The position numbers were made by a program, and so were the translations under genes. Below are positions 51,684 through 61,245 of a stretch of DNA of 64,000 bases, piece after piece. Source of the DNA: an uncultured Planctomycetia bacterium. GTDB taxonomy: Bacteria; Omnitrophota; Gorgyraeia; 2-02-FULL-51-18. Under the pieces are notes generated by a model that saw only the letters and a list, made by a program, of their open reading frames with translations, did not search any database and was not told the origin of the DNA. The DNA lies in assembly GCA_964431835.1 (NCBI GenBank), contig CAYSKO010000004.1:7519-71518 (forward strand), read 5' to 3'. The first letter of the stretch is position 1. Each line of letters opens with the position of its first letter.

Positions 51684-51845
51684 TAGTATTTTTGTTAGTT
51701 CTTTGTAAATATTGCTTAAACCGGCTCAGGGAAACTCCTCTGTGAGGGTAGTTAGTCGACAAAACATGATGGTTAGCCGGGAGGGCGGTGGAGGCAAATC
51801 CCAAAAAGCGAGGAAATAAGAGGGCCATCCGGGGCGAATTCGTCT

Positions 51846-52355
51846 TCAGCGCTCCCCACCCTCCGCTTTCGAAGCTTTTTCCTTTTCGCGCAGTTTGCGC
51901 GCAGTCTCATTGATGACATCGGCCAGCTCGCGCAGTTCGTCCCCTTTGCGTAGAACGAGTTTCACGTCGAAGCGGCCCTCACCCAAATTACGGAGCGCGG
52001 CATAGATCTTCGGCAACGGGCCGGCCACGCGGTGCGAGAAACGGATCGACATCCACACGACGAACGGCACTACCACGATAAGACTGATGAAAGCCGTCGC
52101 GTACACGGAGCGGAATATTTCGACCAGGCGTCCCTGCGGGTACACCGCCGCGAGCCTCTCCCCCATCAGCATGAACGTCGAGAAGAACGTCGCTAAGGAC
52201 GTCATCGCGCACGAGAAAAGGACGAACTTGAGGACGAAGCGCGTGAAGCGGAACTGAAGCCCGCGGTCGACGAGATACTTTTTACGCTTGAAAGGCTTCG
52301 GCGGAGCCGGAGAAACAGGCGCGGACGCGGGAACGGGGTCGACCGGTTCGGGCAT
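51846..52355 (-). CDS. small membrane protein with HAMP-like domain
   Basis: 169 aa; Pro/Ala-rich N-terminus, two TM helices, then HAMP-like GPLPKIYAALRNLGEGRFDVKL. Confidence 0.5.
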   Translation of the reverse strand: MPEPVDPVPASAPVSPAPPKPFKRKKYLVDRGLQFRFTRFVLKFVLFSCAMTSLATFFSTFMLMGERLAAVYPQGRLVEIFRSVYATAFISLIVVVPFVVWMSIRFSHRVAGPLPKIYAALRNLGEGRFDVKLVLRKGDELRELADVINETARKLREKEKASKAEGGER

Positions 52356-52357
52356 TT

Positions 52358-53344
52358 TTATTTCCTCGTCAAAAGCGCCGGGCGGCGCACGGTGAGAGCG
52401 ATCTTTTGTTTCTCCGAGTGCCGCACGAGCTCATTCGCCTTCTTGAGCGGCATATAACGCGTGGGCTTTCCGTCGATGTGCGTTAGAAGATCTTTCTCCC
52501 GGACACCCACGGCGTCGGCGGCGCCGTCCTTCTTCACCGATTCAACGACGACACCCTGGTATTCGAGCTTCACTTTCACGCCTAGGCCCTTCACGTCCTT
52601 CGCCGCGCCGCGCTCGACGAAACAGTCGCGGTCGTACTCGAGCGTGAAGTTCGAAAACCGAGGCTCCGTCATCGCGCGCACGACCACGTCCAGACTGAGA
52701 TAGCGGAGGGATTCGCCGTCGATCGAGACCAGGCGGTCGCCCTTTCTCATGCCAACGAGACCCGCATCCTTCTTTGCGTCCACGAACGTGACCCGCGTCC
52801 AGTCCCCTTTTTTCTCGAGCGAAAGACCGACGTTGTCCTTCAAAGTTTGGCGCAGGTTCTGCACGCGTGCGCCGGCGGCCTCGGGGGAACGCGTGTGCCG
52901 CGCGTCCTCGATCGCCTGCTGCTTCTCGACCTCGCCCGTGGGTCCCTGCGTCGAGACGGCCCAAAAACGGTTGCGCACGCCGAGCGCCGCTTTCTTAGCT
53001 TCCTCGAAATCCGGATTCGCTTCCACGGCCTTTTCGTAGTACGCGAGCGCTTCGCCGAGTTTGTTGTCGACCTCGCGCGCCTTACCGAGCTGAAAAAAAC
53101 TTTGCGCCGGGTCGTCGTATTCGACCTCGCGGATCGTGGAGATCATCACCGGCACCTCGCCTTTTTCGGTGCTCATGATCAGGCGATCGGCGTGCTGCTC
53201 CACCACAAGACCTTTCACTTCCTTGCCGTCCTTCAGGTGAATCGTGTCCGCGGCCGCGGTCGCGCAAAAGAGAAAAAGGGAGGGGTAGAGACACCCTCCC
53301 ATGCGGACGATCGCTTTTTCACGTGCGGATTTTTCTGCGCGCAT
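52358..53344 (-). CDS. periplasmic TPR + tandem PDZ domain protein
   Basis: Signal peptide (probable start at MGGCLYPSLFLFCATAAA, about 53302), TPR region (EALAYYEKAVEANPDFEEA), two PDZ-like segments. Confidence 0.55.
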   Translation of the reverse strand: MRAEKSAREKAIVRMGGCLYPSLFLFCATAAADTIHLKDGKEVKGLVVEQHADRLIMSTEKGEVPVMISTIREVEYDDPAQSFFQLGKAREVDNKLGEALAYYEKAVEANPDFEEAKKAALGVRNRFWAVSTQGPTGEVEKQQAIEDARHTRSPEAAGARVQNLRQTLKDNVGLSLEKKGDWTRVTFVDAKKDAGLVGMRKGDRLVSIDGESLRYLSLDVVVRAMTEPRFSNFTLEYDRDCFVERGAAKDVKGLGVKVKLEYQGVVVESVKKDGAADAVGVREKDLLTHIDGKPTRYMPLKKANELVRHSEKQKIALTVRRPALLTRK

Positions 53345-53432
53345 GACTCCAAAAATGGTTTAGACGGTCGTTTCGTATCCTTTGATCACTTCTTATCAGA
53401 ACTTACCGAAAATGTTAAAAAAAAGAAATACT

Positions 53433-53454
53433 ATTCGGTTCGATCGAACCGAAT
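53433..53454. repeat. perfect 22-bp palindrome attcggttcga|tcgaaccgaat inside an AT-rich intergenic island
   Basis: Exact dyad symmetry; about 80-110 nt upstream of the TPR/PDZ gene start on the minus strand; candidate operator for a dimeric DNA-binding protein. Confidence 0.6.
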
Positions 53455-53537
53455 TCGTCGGAAACGCTATATATAGTATGCTAGCAGAGCTCTCCCTACG
53501 ACGCAAGCCCTTAATGAAAAAGGGCCTTAAAAAAAGA

Positions 53538-53873
53538 TTAGTACTGGCCGTCGCGGGCGCGGTTGGACTCGCGACTGGAATCGCCGAGGAGGCCGGGTCG
53601 GAGATGACTGCTGGAGTGGTAAGCTTCGTCGGGGTCGGGGGCTAAAAAGCCGAGATCGATCTTGCCGGAAACGCGGTTCAGGCTCTCGCGCGCGCTATCG
53701 TCGTCGGTCTCGACCACGTACGCGCCTTCGCGGAGGCTACGCGACACGTTGAACGGGTCGTGGCGCTCCCCCTTCATCTTCGGGGAAGAAGCGGCGGTTT
53801 CCTCGGCCGCGGCGGAGGCAACGGTGACGAAAAGGATCATGAGACTGTTTAAGAACGCACGTTTGTAACGCAT
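53538..53873 (-). CDS. hypothetical small secreted protein (111 aa)
   Basis: ATG at 53871-53873 with AGGA RBS; signal peptide MRYKRAFLNSLMILFVTVASAAA; GC-rich third positions. The plus-strand ORF 53382..53645 is its antisense shadow. Confidence 0.4.
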   Translation of the reverse strand: MRYKRAFLNSLMILFVTVASAAAEETAASSPKMKGERHDPFNVSRSLREGAYVVETDDDSARESLNRVSGKIDLGFLAPDPDEAYHSSSHLRPGLLGDSSRESNRARDGQY

Positions 53874-53883
53874 TTTTCCTTTG

Positions 53884-53936
53884 AAGTAAAACGAATCCGC
53901 CCTCCGCCAAGCGATCGCTCGCTTCACGGAGGACGG
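53884..53936 (-). terminator. probable terminator hairpin immediately 3' of rnpB
   Basis: Imperfect long hairpin (ccgccctccg...cggaggacgg with inner agcgatcgct palindrome), followed on the minus strand by ATTCGTTTTACTT. Confidence 0.4.
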
Positions 53937-53939
53937 GGC

Positions 53940-54315
53940 TTTGCAGGCCTGTAAGCCGGGTTCTGTGGGAGCCACTTAAGGCCCCGACGATCATTTATCT
54001 AGTCCCACCGTCTCCGGCGGGATCGCCTCCGCCTTTCGGCAGATGTAGCGGTTAACCCGGGAATCTTGGCGAGAGAGAGTCTCGCGCGGGAGCCGCCTTT
54101 CGGCCGCCCCGTTTCTTCCCCTATTCAACCTTGCTCCGCGTGGAGATTGCCCGTTTCACCCTCTCGCCGAAGCGAGAGACTCGTCTCTGTTGCTCTAATC
54201 CTTCCGTCCCGTTTCCGGACGGAGGCGGGTGTTACCCGCCACGCTCTCTTCTGGGAGCCCGGACTTTCCTCGGCGGCCACCTTGCGGCGACCGACGCGAC
54301 CGTCCAGCCTGCAAA
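53940..54315 (-). ncRNA. rnpB: RNase P RNA, bacterial type A
   Basis: Minus strand carries P4 strands GAGGAAAGTCCGGGCTCC and ACAGAACCCGGCTTA, GGGTAACACCCGCC, GGAGCAAGGTTGAATAGGGG; P1 pairs TTTGCAGGC with GCCTGCAAA; about 376 nt. Track ORFs 54066..54347, 54131..54322, 54195..54515 and 54229..54423 are spurious. Confidence 0.9.
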
Positions 54316-54343
54316 ATTGTGAAAGAACAAAGTACGAAACTTT

Positions 54344-54781
54344 TTAAATCAGCGACGCTTCGTCGAGGGCACGATTGGCTTCTTTGTCCGCGAGTTTGTT
54401 CTCTTCGCGCGGCACGTGCGTGATCGAGACTTTCTTGAAGCCGCGCTTCAGGTGATCGACCAGCGTCCAGAGCACCTTGAGTGACGCGTCCTTCACCCGG
54501 TACTCGCCGCTGCACTGCTTCGCGACCAGCTCGCTGTCGGTGAACACCGCCACTTCCTGCGCTCCCATCATGAGCGCTTCCTGCAACGCATACACGAGGG
54601 CGAAATATTCTGCGACGTTGTTCGTCGCCACGCCGATCGTTTTGCCGACGGCCTTCACGGTCACGCCGGCCGGATCCTGGAACACGATCCCCGCGGCCGC
54701 TGGCCCCGGATTGCCGCGGGCCGCGCCGTCGACGTAGACCGTGACCTGCTTCACGGCGCCCAATAAAGGATGCGCGCGCAT
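54344..54781 (-). CDS. rnhA: ribonuclease HI
   Basis: About 145 aa; VYVDGAARGNPGPAAAGIVF...TNNVAEYFALVYALQEA, RNase H fold with catalytic D/E/D. Confidence 0.8.
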   Translation of the reverse strand: MRAHPLLGAVKQVTVYVDGAARGNPGPAAAGIVFQDPAGVTVKAVGKTIGVATNNVAEYFALVYALQEALMMGAQEVAVFTDSELVAKQCSGEYRVKDASLKVLWTLVDHLKRGFKKVSITHVPREENKLADKEANRALDEASLI

Positions 54782-55464
54782 TCCTCGCACATAATGAGCT
54801 TGTCGTTCATCTGCATTTCGTTAACGGTCTGCGGAGGAAGCGTGATCCGGCAGCCACCGCACGAATTTTTCTTCACGGGAACGATGCCGATGCCGTCCCG
54901 CTTCATGACGCGCTCGTACTGCGAGAGTATCTTCACGTCGATGTTCGGCGTATAGGCTTTGCGCTTGTCTTCGAGCTCGGCCACCTGCGCGGTGAGCTCG
55001 GCGGCGCGCTTCTTGAGCACGTCCACCTGCTCCTTGTAGTCCCTCTCCAGCACCGCGAGCGCTTCCTTTTCCTTGGCGACCTTGGCCTTCGATTCGTCGA
55101 CCGCGTCGATGAGGCGGAGGATATCCTCCTCGAGCAGCGAATCGTCCGCCTGGAGCCCCTTGATCTCGAGCTCCATCGCGCTGTATTCCTTGTTCGTCTT
55201 GAGCTGGTAGAGCTGGCCTTGCAGTTTCTTGACCTTTTCTTCTTTCTGCCCGAGCTCGCCTTCTTTTTCCTTCTGCTTGAGCTGGGTCGTCTTGAGATCC
55301 GCTTCGGCCGCCTTCAGGGACGCCTTCTTCTTCTCGAAATCGTCGGCCAGGCGCTTCTCTTCCGCGGGCTGGAGGGAGAGCTCCTTCTTCAGACCGTGGA
55401 CTTCGGCGTCGACCTTCTGGAGCTCGACGAGTATTTTTATCTGTTCCTGAAATGGCGTGGGCAT
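54751..55464 (-). CDS. zinc-ribbon coiled-coil protein (COG1579-like)
   Basis: ATG at 55462-55464 (RBS GAAAGGG); long coiled coil then C-terminal CGGC...CEEC zinc ribbon; 237 aa. Confidence 0.65.
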   Translation of the reverse strand: MPTPFQEQIKILVELQKVDAEVHGLKKELSLQPAEEKRLADDFEKKKASLKAAEADLKTTQLKQKEKEGELGQKEEKVKKLQGQLYQLKTNKEYSAMELEIKGLQADDSLLEEDILRLIDAVDESKAKVAKEKEALAVLERDYKEQVDVLKKRAAELTAQVAELEDKRKAYTPNIDVKILSQYERVMKRDGIGIVPVKKNSCGGCRITLPPQTVNEMQMNDKLIMCEECARILYWAP

Positions 55465-55490
55465 TTGCCCTTTCTCTAAGTTAGAAAAAG

Positions 55491-55567
<77 letters not shown>

Positions 55568-55586
55568 AGAAAAACCGCGTCAAACG

Positions 55587-55660
55587 TGGGCCCGCCTGGA
55601 CTTGAACCAGGGACCGGCTCATTATGAGTGAGCTGCTCTAACCGACTGAGCTACGGGCCC
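55587..55660 (-). tRNA. tRNA with CAT anticodon (elongator Met or, more likely, lysidine-modified Ile2); CCA not encoded
   Basis: GGGCCCGTAGCTCAGTCGGTTAGAGCAGCTCACTCATAATGAGCCGGTCCCTGGTTCAAGTCCAGGCGGGCCCA; G1:C72, C4:G69, C5:G68; T-arm CTGGTTCAAGTCCAG as in E. coli ileX. Confidence 0.85.
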
Positions 55661-55713
55661 GAAGCCTCGAAGCATAGGATTCTATCACGCGGCGGCTCGG
55701 AACGTAAAGCCCG

Positions 55714-55749
55714 CCAAAAGAAGGACCGCCGGAGAGTTTCCGGCGGTCC
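55714..55749 (-). terminator. rho-independent terminator downstream of rpoD
   Basis: Perfect 11-bp stem GGACCGCCGGA/TCCGGCGGTCC (55723-55749) followed on the minus strand by TTCTTTTGG. Confidence 0.75.
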
Positions 55750-55778
55750 CGTTTCGATGCCTATCCCGGTTTAGTGGG

Positions 55779-57512
55779 TTAGAAGTCGAGGTCTTCACCG
55801 CCCCCGAGCTCGAGGAACGTCTTGAGCTTGCGGGACCGTGTCGGGTGGCGCAGTTTGCGGAGCGCCTTGGCTTCGATCTGTCGCACGCGTTCGCGCGTGA
55901 CGTTGAAGATCGAACCGACCTCTTCAAGGGTACGCGGATAGCCGTCGTTCACGCCGAAGCGCAGTTTAAGCACCTTGCGTTCGCGCTCGGTGAGCGTCGC
56001 CAGGACGTCGTCCATCTGCTCCTTGAGCATCGCGTACGTGGTCGCCGAGCTCGGAGAGACAGCGCGCTTGTCCTCGATGAAGTCGCCGAAGTGCGTGTCG
56101 CCCTCGTCGCCGATGGGCGTCTGAAGCGAGATCGGCTCCTGCGCGATCTTGAGGATTTCACGGACCTTCTCGACTCCCATGCGCATACGCTGGCCAATTT
56201 CTTCCGGGGTCGGCTCCTTGCCGGTCTCTTGGACGAGCTGGCGCGACACGCGGATCAGCTTGTTGATCGTCTCGGTCATGTGCACCGGGATGCGGATCGT
56301 GCGGGCCTGGTCGGCGATCGAGCGCGTGACGGCCTGGCGGATCCACCAGGTGGCGTACGTGCTGAATTTATAGCCGCGGCGGTATTCGAACTTGTCGACC
56401 GCCTTCATCAGGCCGATGTTGCCCTCCTGAATGAGGTCGAGGAACGAGAGGCCGCGGTTGGTGTACTTTTTGGCGATCGAGACGACGAGGCGGAGATTGG
56501 CCTCGACGAGCTCCTTCTTCGCGCGCTGGTACTTGTTCTCTTTGCGGCGGATGATCTGGTAACGCTCGCGGAGCGCTTCCAGGTCCTTCTCGCCGAACTT
56601 GCGGAGAAGGTCGCGCTTCTCTTTGAGGAGCTTCGAGAGCGTGTTGCGGTCCTTCTTGCGGCGAGCGCGCTCGGATTCGCGTTCGATGCGCTCGACGCGC
56701 TCGACGCCGGTCCGGACCTCGACGAACATGTCGGCTACGACGCGCGGCGCGACACGGAACTCGAGTAGGATCTGCATCCACTTGTCCGGCGTCTTCGCCG
56801 ACCGGATGCGCGTGACGAGTATCTTCAAACGACGCAGAGTGCGCGGCGCGTTTTCGCGGTTCTTCGCCTCTTCGTCGATGTATTCCTCGATCACGTACTC
56901 TTTCTTGAGCACCTTGCCGGTGAAATCCATGATGTAGTTCCTGGAGAAAGACGTCTCGAAGAGCACCTTACGGAATTCGATCTCATCCGCTTCGATACGC
57001 TTGGCGAGCTCGAGCTCCTGATCGCGCGTGAGGAGCGAAATCTGGCCCATCTGGCGCAGGTACATGCGGACCGGATCGTCCATCTGCTCGAGACGTGAAG
57101 GCGCCTGCGGAAGCTCGCTCGGCTCTTCCTTCTTCTCGTCGTCGATGACGCCCGGCTCGTCGTCGTCATCGTCGTCCTTTTCGACCTTCGCGCCGGTTTC
57201 GCCTTCTTCGGCGTCCTGGACTTCGATGTTCTGGGCAGAGAGAGACGTGAGCACGTCCTCGATCTCGTCGGAGGCGGTCACGTGGGACGGCAGCATCTTG
57301 TTGATATCGTCGTACGTGAGGAAGCCTTTTTCCTTACCGAGCGCGATTAGCTGTTCGATTCCCTTAGCTTTCAGCTTCGCCTTCGCGGCGTCGGTCAGCT
57401 CGACCTCGGCGACCGCGGCACCGTTCTTGCGCGGCTCGGCGTCGGCGGACACCAGGGCGGCCGACTTGGCTTCGGGATTCGACTTGCCCTTCACGCTGTT
57501 ATTTTTTTTCAT
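55779..57512 (-). CDS. rpoD: RNA polymerase sigma factor RpoD (sigma-70)
   Basis: 577 aa; regions 1.1 to 4.2 recognisable ([41 protein letters not shown]). Confidence 0.95.
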   Translation of the reverse strand: MKKNNSVKGKSNPEAKSAALVSADAEPRKNGAAVAEVELTDAAKAKLKAKGIEQLIALGKEKGFLTYDDINKMLPSHVTASDEIEDVLTSLSAQNIEVQDAEEGETGAKVEKDDDDDDEPGVIDDEKKEEPSELPQAPSRLEQMDDPVRMYLRQMGQISLLTRDQELELAKRIEADEIEFRKVLFETSFSRNYIMDFTGKVLKKEYVIEEYIDEEAKNRENAPRTLRRLKILVTRIRSAKTPDKWMQILLEFRVAPRVVADMFVEVRTGVERVERIERESERARRKKDRNTLSKLLKEKRDLLRKFGEKDLEALRERYQIIRRKENKYQRAKKELVEANLRLVVSIAKKYTNRGLSFLDLIQEGNIGLMKAVDKFEYRRGYKFSTYATWWIRQAVTRSIADQARTIRIPVHMTETINKLIRVSRQLVQETGKEPTPEEIGQRMRMGVEKVREILKIAQEPISLQTPIGDEGDTHFGDFIEDKRAVSPSSATTYAMLKEQMDDVLATLTERERKVLKLRFGVNDGYPRTLEEVGSIFNVTRERVRQIEAKALRKLRHPTRSRKLKTFLELGGGEDLDF

Positions 57513-59258
57513 TTATTTTTCTGTCCCTCTTGTTGAGTTCTTCCAGGTCGTACAGCAAACGGCTGATCCGATTTTTGTCACCTTCGCGCTCCGCGGCGAG
57601 CAGCGCGGCACTCAAACCTTCCCTCTCCGCGTCGAGACGCGACCGGCGCACACGGCGCAGGCAGTCCTCGAACGATTTCTTTTTCTCCGCCGGATTCTCG
57701 AGCTTATCGGTCTCGGCGAGCGCGTGGGAAATCAGCCGCACCGCCTCCGGGTCGTCCTTGTAATGGTTCATCCGCTTGGCGGCCGAAAGCGCTTCGGTGC
57801 CCGCCAGTACGTCCTTCACAATCGCCCGCGTTCCGGGATGCCGGAAATCGTCGGACGTAAGCTCCGTCTTGGCCTCGGCCGCGAACTCCGGGGATTCGAG
57901 CAGATGCCCGAGAAGCGTGATCTCGAGCATCGGCACGTTCTTCAGTGGCGTCTCCGCGGCGGCGGTGGCCTTATGCGGCTCCTCGCGCTTCTTCATCTCC
58001 GCGAAGAGCGACGCTTCGTTCAGCATAAGGCGTTTGGCCAATTCCTTCGTCCAGGCCGACTTCAGTATCTCGTTCGGCACCTTCGCGAAGAGCTGCACCA
58101 TTTCGTTGGCAATCTTCGCCTTCGTCTCGACGTTCGTCGAGGGGTGTTGGCGTTGGAGCGTTTCCAATTTGAATTCAAAGAGCGATTTTGCCTGCTCGAG
58201 CTCGGTGCGGAACATTTCGACGCCGAGATCACGCACGTACGAATCGGGATCGTACCCTTCGGGAAGCCGCACGATCCGGACGTCCATTTCCTCTTCCAGA
58301 AAGATCTCGAGGCCCCTTAAAGTCGCGGCCTCGCCGGCCTTGTCGGAGTCGTACAGGATAACGACGTTCCGCGAATTGCGTTTGATCAGCCTCGCCTGGT
58401 CCGGCGTGAGCGCGGTTCCCAGCGACGCGACGACGTTCTCGACTCCGGCTTGGTGGCACGCGATGAGATCCATGTACCCTTCGACCACGATCGCCTGGTC
58501 CAAGTCGCGGATTGCTTTCCTCGCCTGGAAGAGCCCGTACAGCTGCCGGCCCTTGATATAGATCTCGGTCTCGGGCGAATTGAGGTACTTCGGCACCGAA
58601 TCGTCCATCACGCGGCCGCCGAATGCGACGCACACGCCCTTGCCGTCCAAAATGGGAAAGATCACTCGGTTACGGAAGCGGTCGTAGTACCCTCCTTCCC
58701 TCTTCGCGACGAGGAGCCCTGCTTTTTCAAGGAGCGGCTCGGCGGAGACCTCTTTCAAGGCCCGGTGGAGCGCGTCCCACGACTCGGGAGCGAACCCCAC
58801 CCGAAAATCTGAAATCGTCTTTTCCTTTAACCCACGGCGGCGGAGGTAATCCCGCGCGGGCTCCGCTTCTTTCCGTTCGAGCAAAATTCTGTGATAGAAC
58901 TCCATCGCGGCCTGATTGGCCTTCACGAACTCCACGGCGCGCTTCGCGGCTGCGTCGTCGCGCGGCTTGTCCTTTGGAACCTCGACGCCGACCTTTTCGG
59001 CCAGCATCTCGACCACGTCCGGGAAATCCCGGCGCTCGATACGCATCACGAACCCGAATGCGTTTCCCCCGACGCCGCAACCGAAGCAATGGAACGTCTG
59101 GCGCTCCGTGTTCACGATGAACGACGGGGTCTTCTCGTTATGGAACGGGCAGCACGCCTTGAAACTGCGCCCCATGCGGCGGAGCGGCACGTATCCGTTT
59201 ACGAGCTCGACGATGTCGACACGCTCGAGGATTTGATTCAGCGTCGCTTCCGGGATCA
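57499..59258 (-). CDS. dnaG: DNA primase
   Basis: Probable TTG at 59256-59258 giving (M)[19 protein letters not shown]..., which aligns with the E. coli DnaG N-terminus; zinc ribbon [12 protein letters not shown]...CFGC; TOPRIM; 586 aa. The track ORF starts 67 codons earlier, inside cvpA. Confidence 0.85.
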
Positions 59259-59804
59259 AACTTTTTTGGCTTTCTTGGGCGTTTCTTCGTTCACCGCCAG
59301 CTGCGGCGAGAGACTCGAGAGGAATTGGAAGATCGTCGGCGCCACGGACGCGATCCGCGGACCGGACACCGAGCGTTCGCGGATGTCCGTCTTCAGCGTC
59401 GTCAGCGGCGAAAATTCGATGAGCATGAACGCGAGGCTCAGGATGATGAGCCAGCGGCACGCGCCGAGGAGGAGGCCGAGGAGTTTGTTGATCACCCCGC
59501 CGTCACCCATCTTCAGCAGTTTGAGAACGAGCATCTGTGCCAGTTTGCACAGGACGAACGTCACTAGCAAAAGTGCGCCGAAAGCGACGGCGTTGGCCGT
59601 GGCCGCGTTCAAGAAAGTGTTCAACGTCAACAGTTGGGCCAAGGCTTCGTGGAACCGAAGCGTGACGATGACCGTCACGAGGTAAGCCACGATCCTCAGG
59701 ATCTCAGGGAAAAGCCCTGCCTTATAGCCGACGTAGGCACCGCGAAGAACGGCGATCACCGCGAGGTAATCGACCCACGTCAACTTGGAGATCAATTCTT
59801 TCAA
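59256..59804 (-). CDS. cvpA: CvpA family membrane protein
   Basis: 182 aa, 4 TM helices; colicin V production protein family. Confidence 0.65.
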   Translation of the reverse strand: MKELISKLTWVDYLAVIAVLRGAYVGYKAGLFPEILRIVAYLVTVIVTLRFHEALAQLLTLNTFLNAATANAVAFGALLLVTFVLCKLAQMLVLKLLKMGDGGVINKLLGLLLGACRWLIILSLAFMLIEFSPLTTLKTDIRERSVSGPRIASVAPTIFQFLSSLSPQLAVNEETPKKAKKV

Positions 59805-59956
59805 AGGCTCTATGGCTTAATACCCCGGAAACGCTCTAACGCGCTGAAACGAGTAGAGGTAGAAAAACACCCCGATACAGGAAGCGGTGACTCGGGAAGT
59901 ATACCACCGGGTGGGTGGTTTGTCAAAATGGAGTTAATGCAAAAAATAACTAGATA

Positions 59957-60508
59957 TTATGGGGTCGTGGAGAAATCCGGGCGTCCGGATGACCCGTGAG
60001 GCGGGGGTTTGACGGTGCGCTCGAAACGGCCGTCAAAATCGTCGTCGTATTGTTTTTCCAGGAGGTGATGGGCGTCGTCTTCGAGCGATCGGAGGTCGGC
60101 TTTGCCGTCGAAATTACGGTCCCATTCACGGAGGTAAATTTGGCCGTTCTTCATGTAGACCCACGTATCGGGCTTGCCATCCTTGCGGCGGCGATCGCGC
60201 GCCACGCGCGTGGGGCGGCCGTTCGCGTCGTAATCCATCCAAGTATCCACGCGGCCGTCGAAGTTCAAGTCGCGCTCCCCTTTCAGAGGGTTACCGTCTT
60301 TGAAAAGAACCCAGGCGTCGGGGTTCTTGTCGGCGTTGCGGTCCATTTGGATCTTTTGGATTTGATTCTTCTCGTAGAAAACCTTACTTTCCTTGCGGCC
60401 GTCCCCGTCCAAGTCGCGGTCCACGCTTTTGGGCGCGGCGAACGCTGGAGCGGAAGCGAGAAGGAGCGCGAAGATGAGAAGTCCGGACGCGCGTCGGAAC
60501 GATGTCAT
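59957..60508 (-). CDS. secreted protein with repeated EF-hand-like Dx[DN]xDG calcium-binding loops
   Basis: Signal peptide MTSFRRASGLLIFALLLASAPAFA; at least six Asp-rich loops (DRDLDGDGRKE, DLNFDGRVDTW, DYDANGRP, DRNFDGKADL, DDDFDGRFE ...). Confidence 0.55.
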   Translation of the reverse strand: MTSFRRASGLLIFALLLASAPAFAAPKSVDRDLDGDGRKESKVFYEKNQIQKIQMDRNADKNPDAWVLFKDGNPLKGERDLNFDGRVDTWMDYDANGRPTRVARDRRRKDGKPDTWVYMKNGQIYLREWDRNFDGKADLRSLEDDAHHLLEKQYDDDFDGRFERTVKPPPHGSSGRPDFSTTP

Positions 60509-61245
60509 GCTCGAACCTCCCTGAAGAAGAATGCGATCGTCGAAAGCGCGTAGAGCGCCGCGGTCTCGCTGCGAAGAACGAGCGGTCCCAAGCTCACCGG
60601 CCGGGCGCCGCGAGAGACGGCCTCCGCCGCCTCGGTCGGAGAAAAATCCCCTTCCGGGCCGATCAAAACGAGCACGCGCTTCGCGGCCGAATCTTTCATC
60701 GTCTCGTAGAGCCCACGGCCCTTGGCCACGAGCGTTGGCAGAAGAATCATATCATATTCCGAGAAATTCCGGACGAAATCGTCGTAGCGCGCCACCGGCC
60801 GAACAGTCGGGTAATCCGACCGCCCGCATTGCTTGCAGGCCTCCGCCGCGATCTTTTGCCAGCGCTCGAGCTTCCCTTCGCGACGGTCCGCCGAAATACG
60901 CACCACGGTGCGCTCCGTGACGAGCGGCGCGATTTCCGCGGCGCCGAGCTCGGCGGCTTTCTGGATAAGGAGATCCATCGCGTCCGACTTCACGATCGCG
61001 GGCGCCAGCGTGATACGGACGGGCATCGTCTCGCGGACCGGCGAGGGGGCGTTGGGTTGAACACGAAGGCGTCCGCCCGCTTCCCCGAGGACGGTGCCGG
61101 AAAACGCGGCGCCCTTGCCGTCGAAAAGCTCGACTGCGTCGCCGGCCTTGAGACGAAGGACCGAGAGCGCGTGGCGGGACTCCTCCTTCGAAAGGAGGAC
61201 CGGCTCCGAACAGAGAACCTCGATCCGGAAACGCGGCGCCTTCAT
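60505..61245 (-). CDS. rsmE: 16S rRNA (uracil1498-N3)-methyltransferase
   Basis: 246 aa; PUA-like N-terminus and SPOUT C-terminus (LLIGPEGDFS). Confidence 0.8.
   Translation of the reverse strand: MKAPRFRIEVLCSEPVLLSKEESRHALSVLRLKAGDAVELFDGKGAAFSGTVLGEAGGRLRVQPNAPSPVRETMPVRITLAPAIVKSDAMDLLIQKAAELGAAEIAPLVTERTVVRISADRREGKLERWQKIAAEACKQCGRSDYPTVRPVARYDDFVRNFSEYDMILLPTLVAKGRGLYETMKDSAAKRVLVLIGPEGDFSPTEAAEAVSRGARPVSLGPLVLRSETAALYALSTIAFFFREVRA

Noticed and set aside
53382-53645. Plus-strand small ORF (MKKGLKKRLVLAVAGAV..., about 43 aa from the ATG at 53514)
   Set aside because: It is antisense to the 3' end of a minus-strand signal-peptide ORF that has better RBS and GC3 support, and it lies in an otherwise entirely minus-strand block. 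Kept only as a remote possibility.
54066-54515. Protein ORFs 54066..54347, 54131..54322, 54195..54515 and 54229..54423
   Set aside because: All overlap the RNase P RNA gene, whose conserved motifs are unambiguous. Their products are low-complexity.
59805-59956. TTGACA hexamer (minus strand, 59931-59936) upstream of cvpA as a promoter
   Set aside because: The best -10-like hexamer (TATACT) lies 27 nt away, too far for a sigma-70 spacer. Left uncalled.
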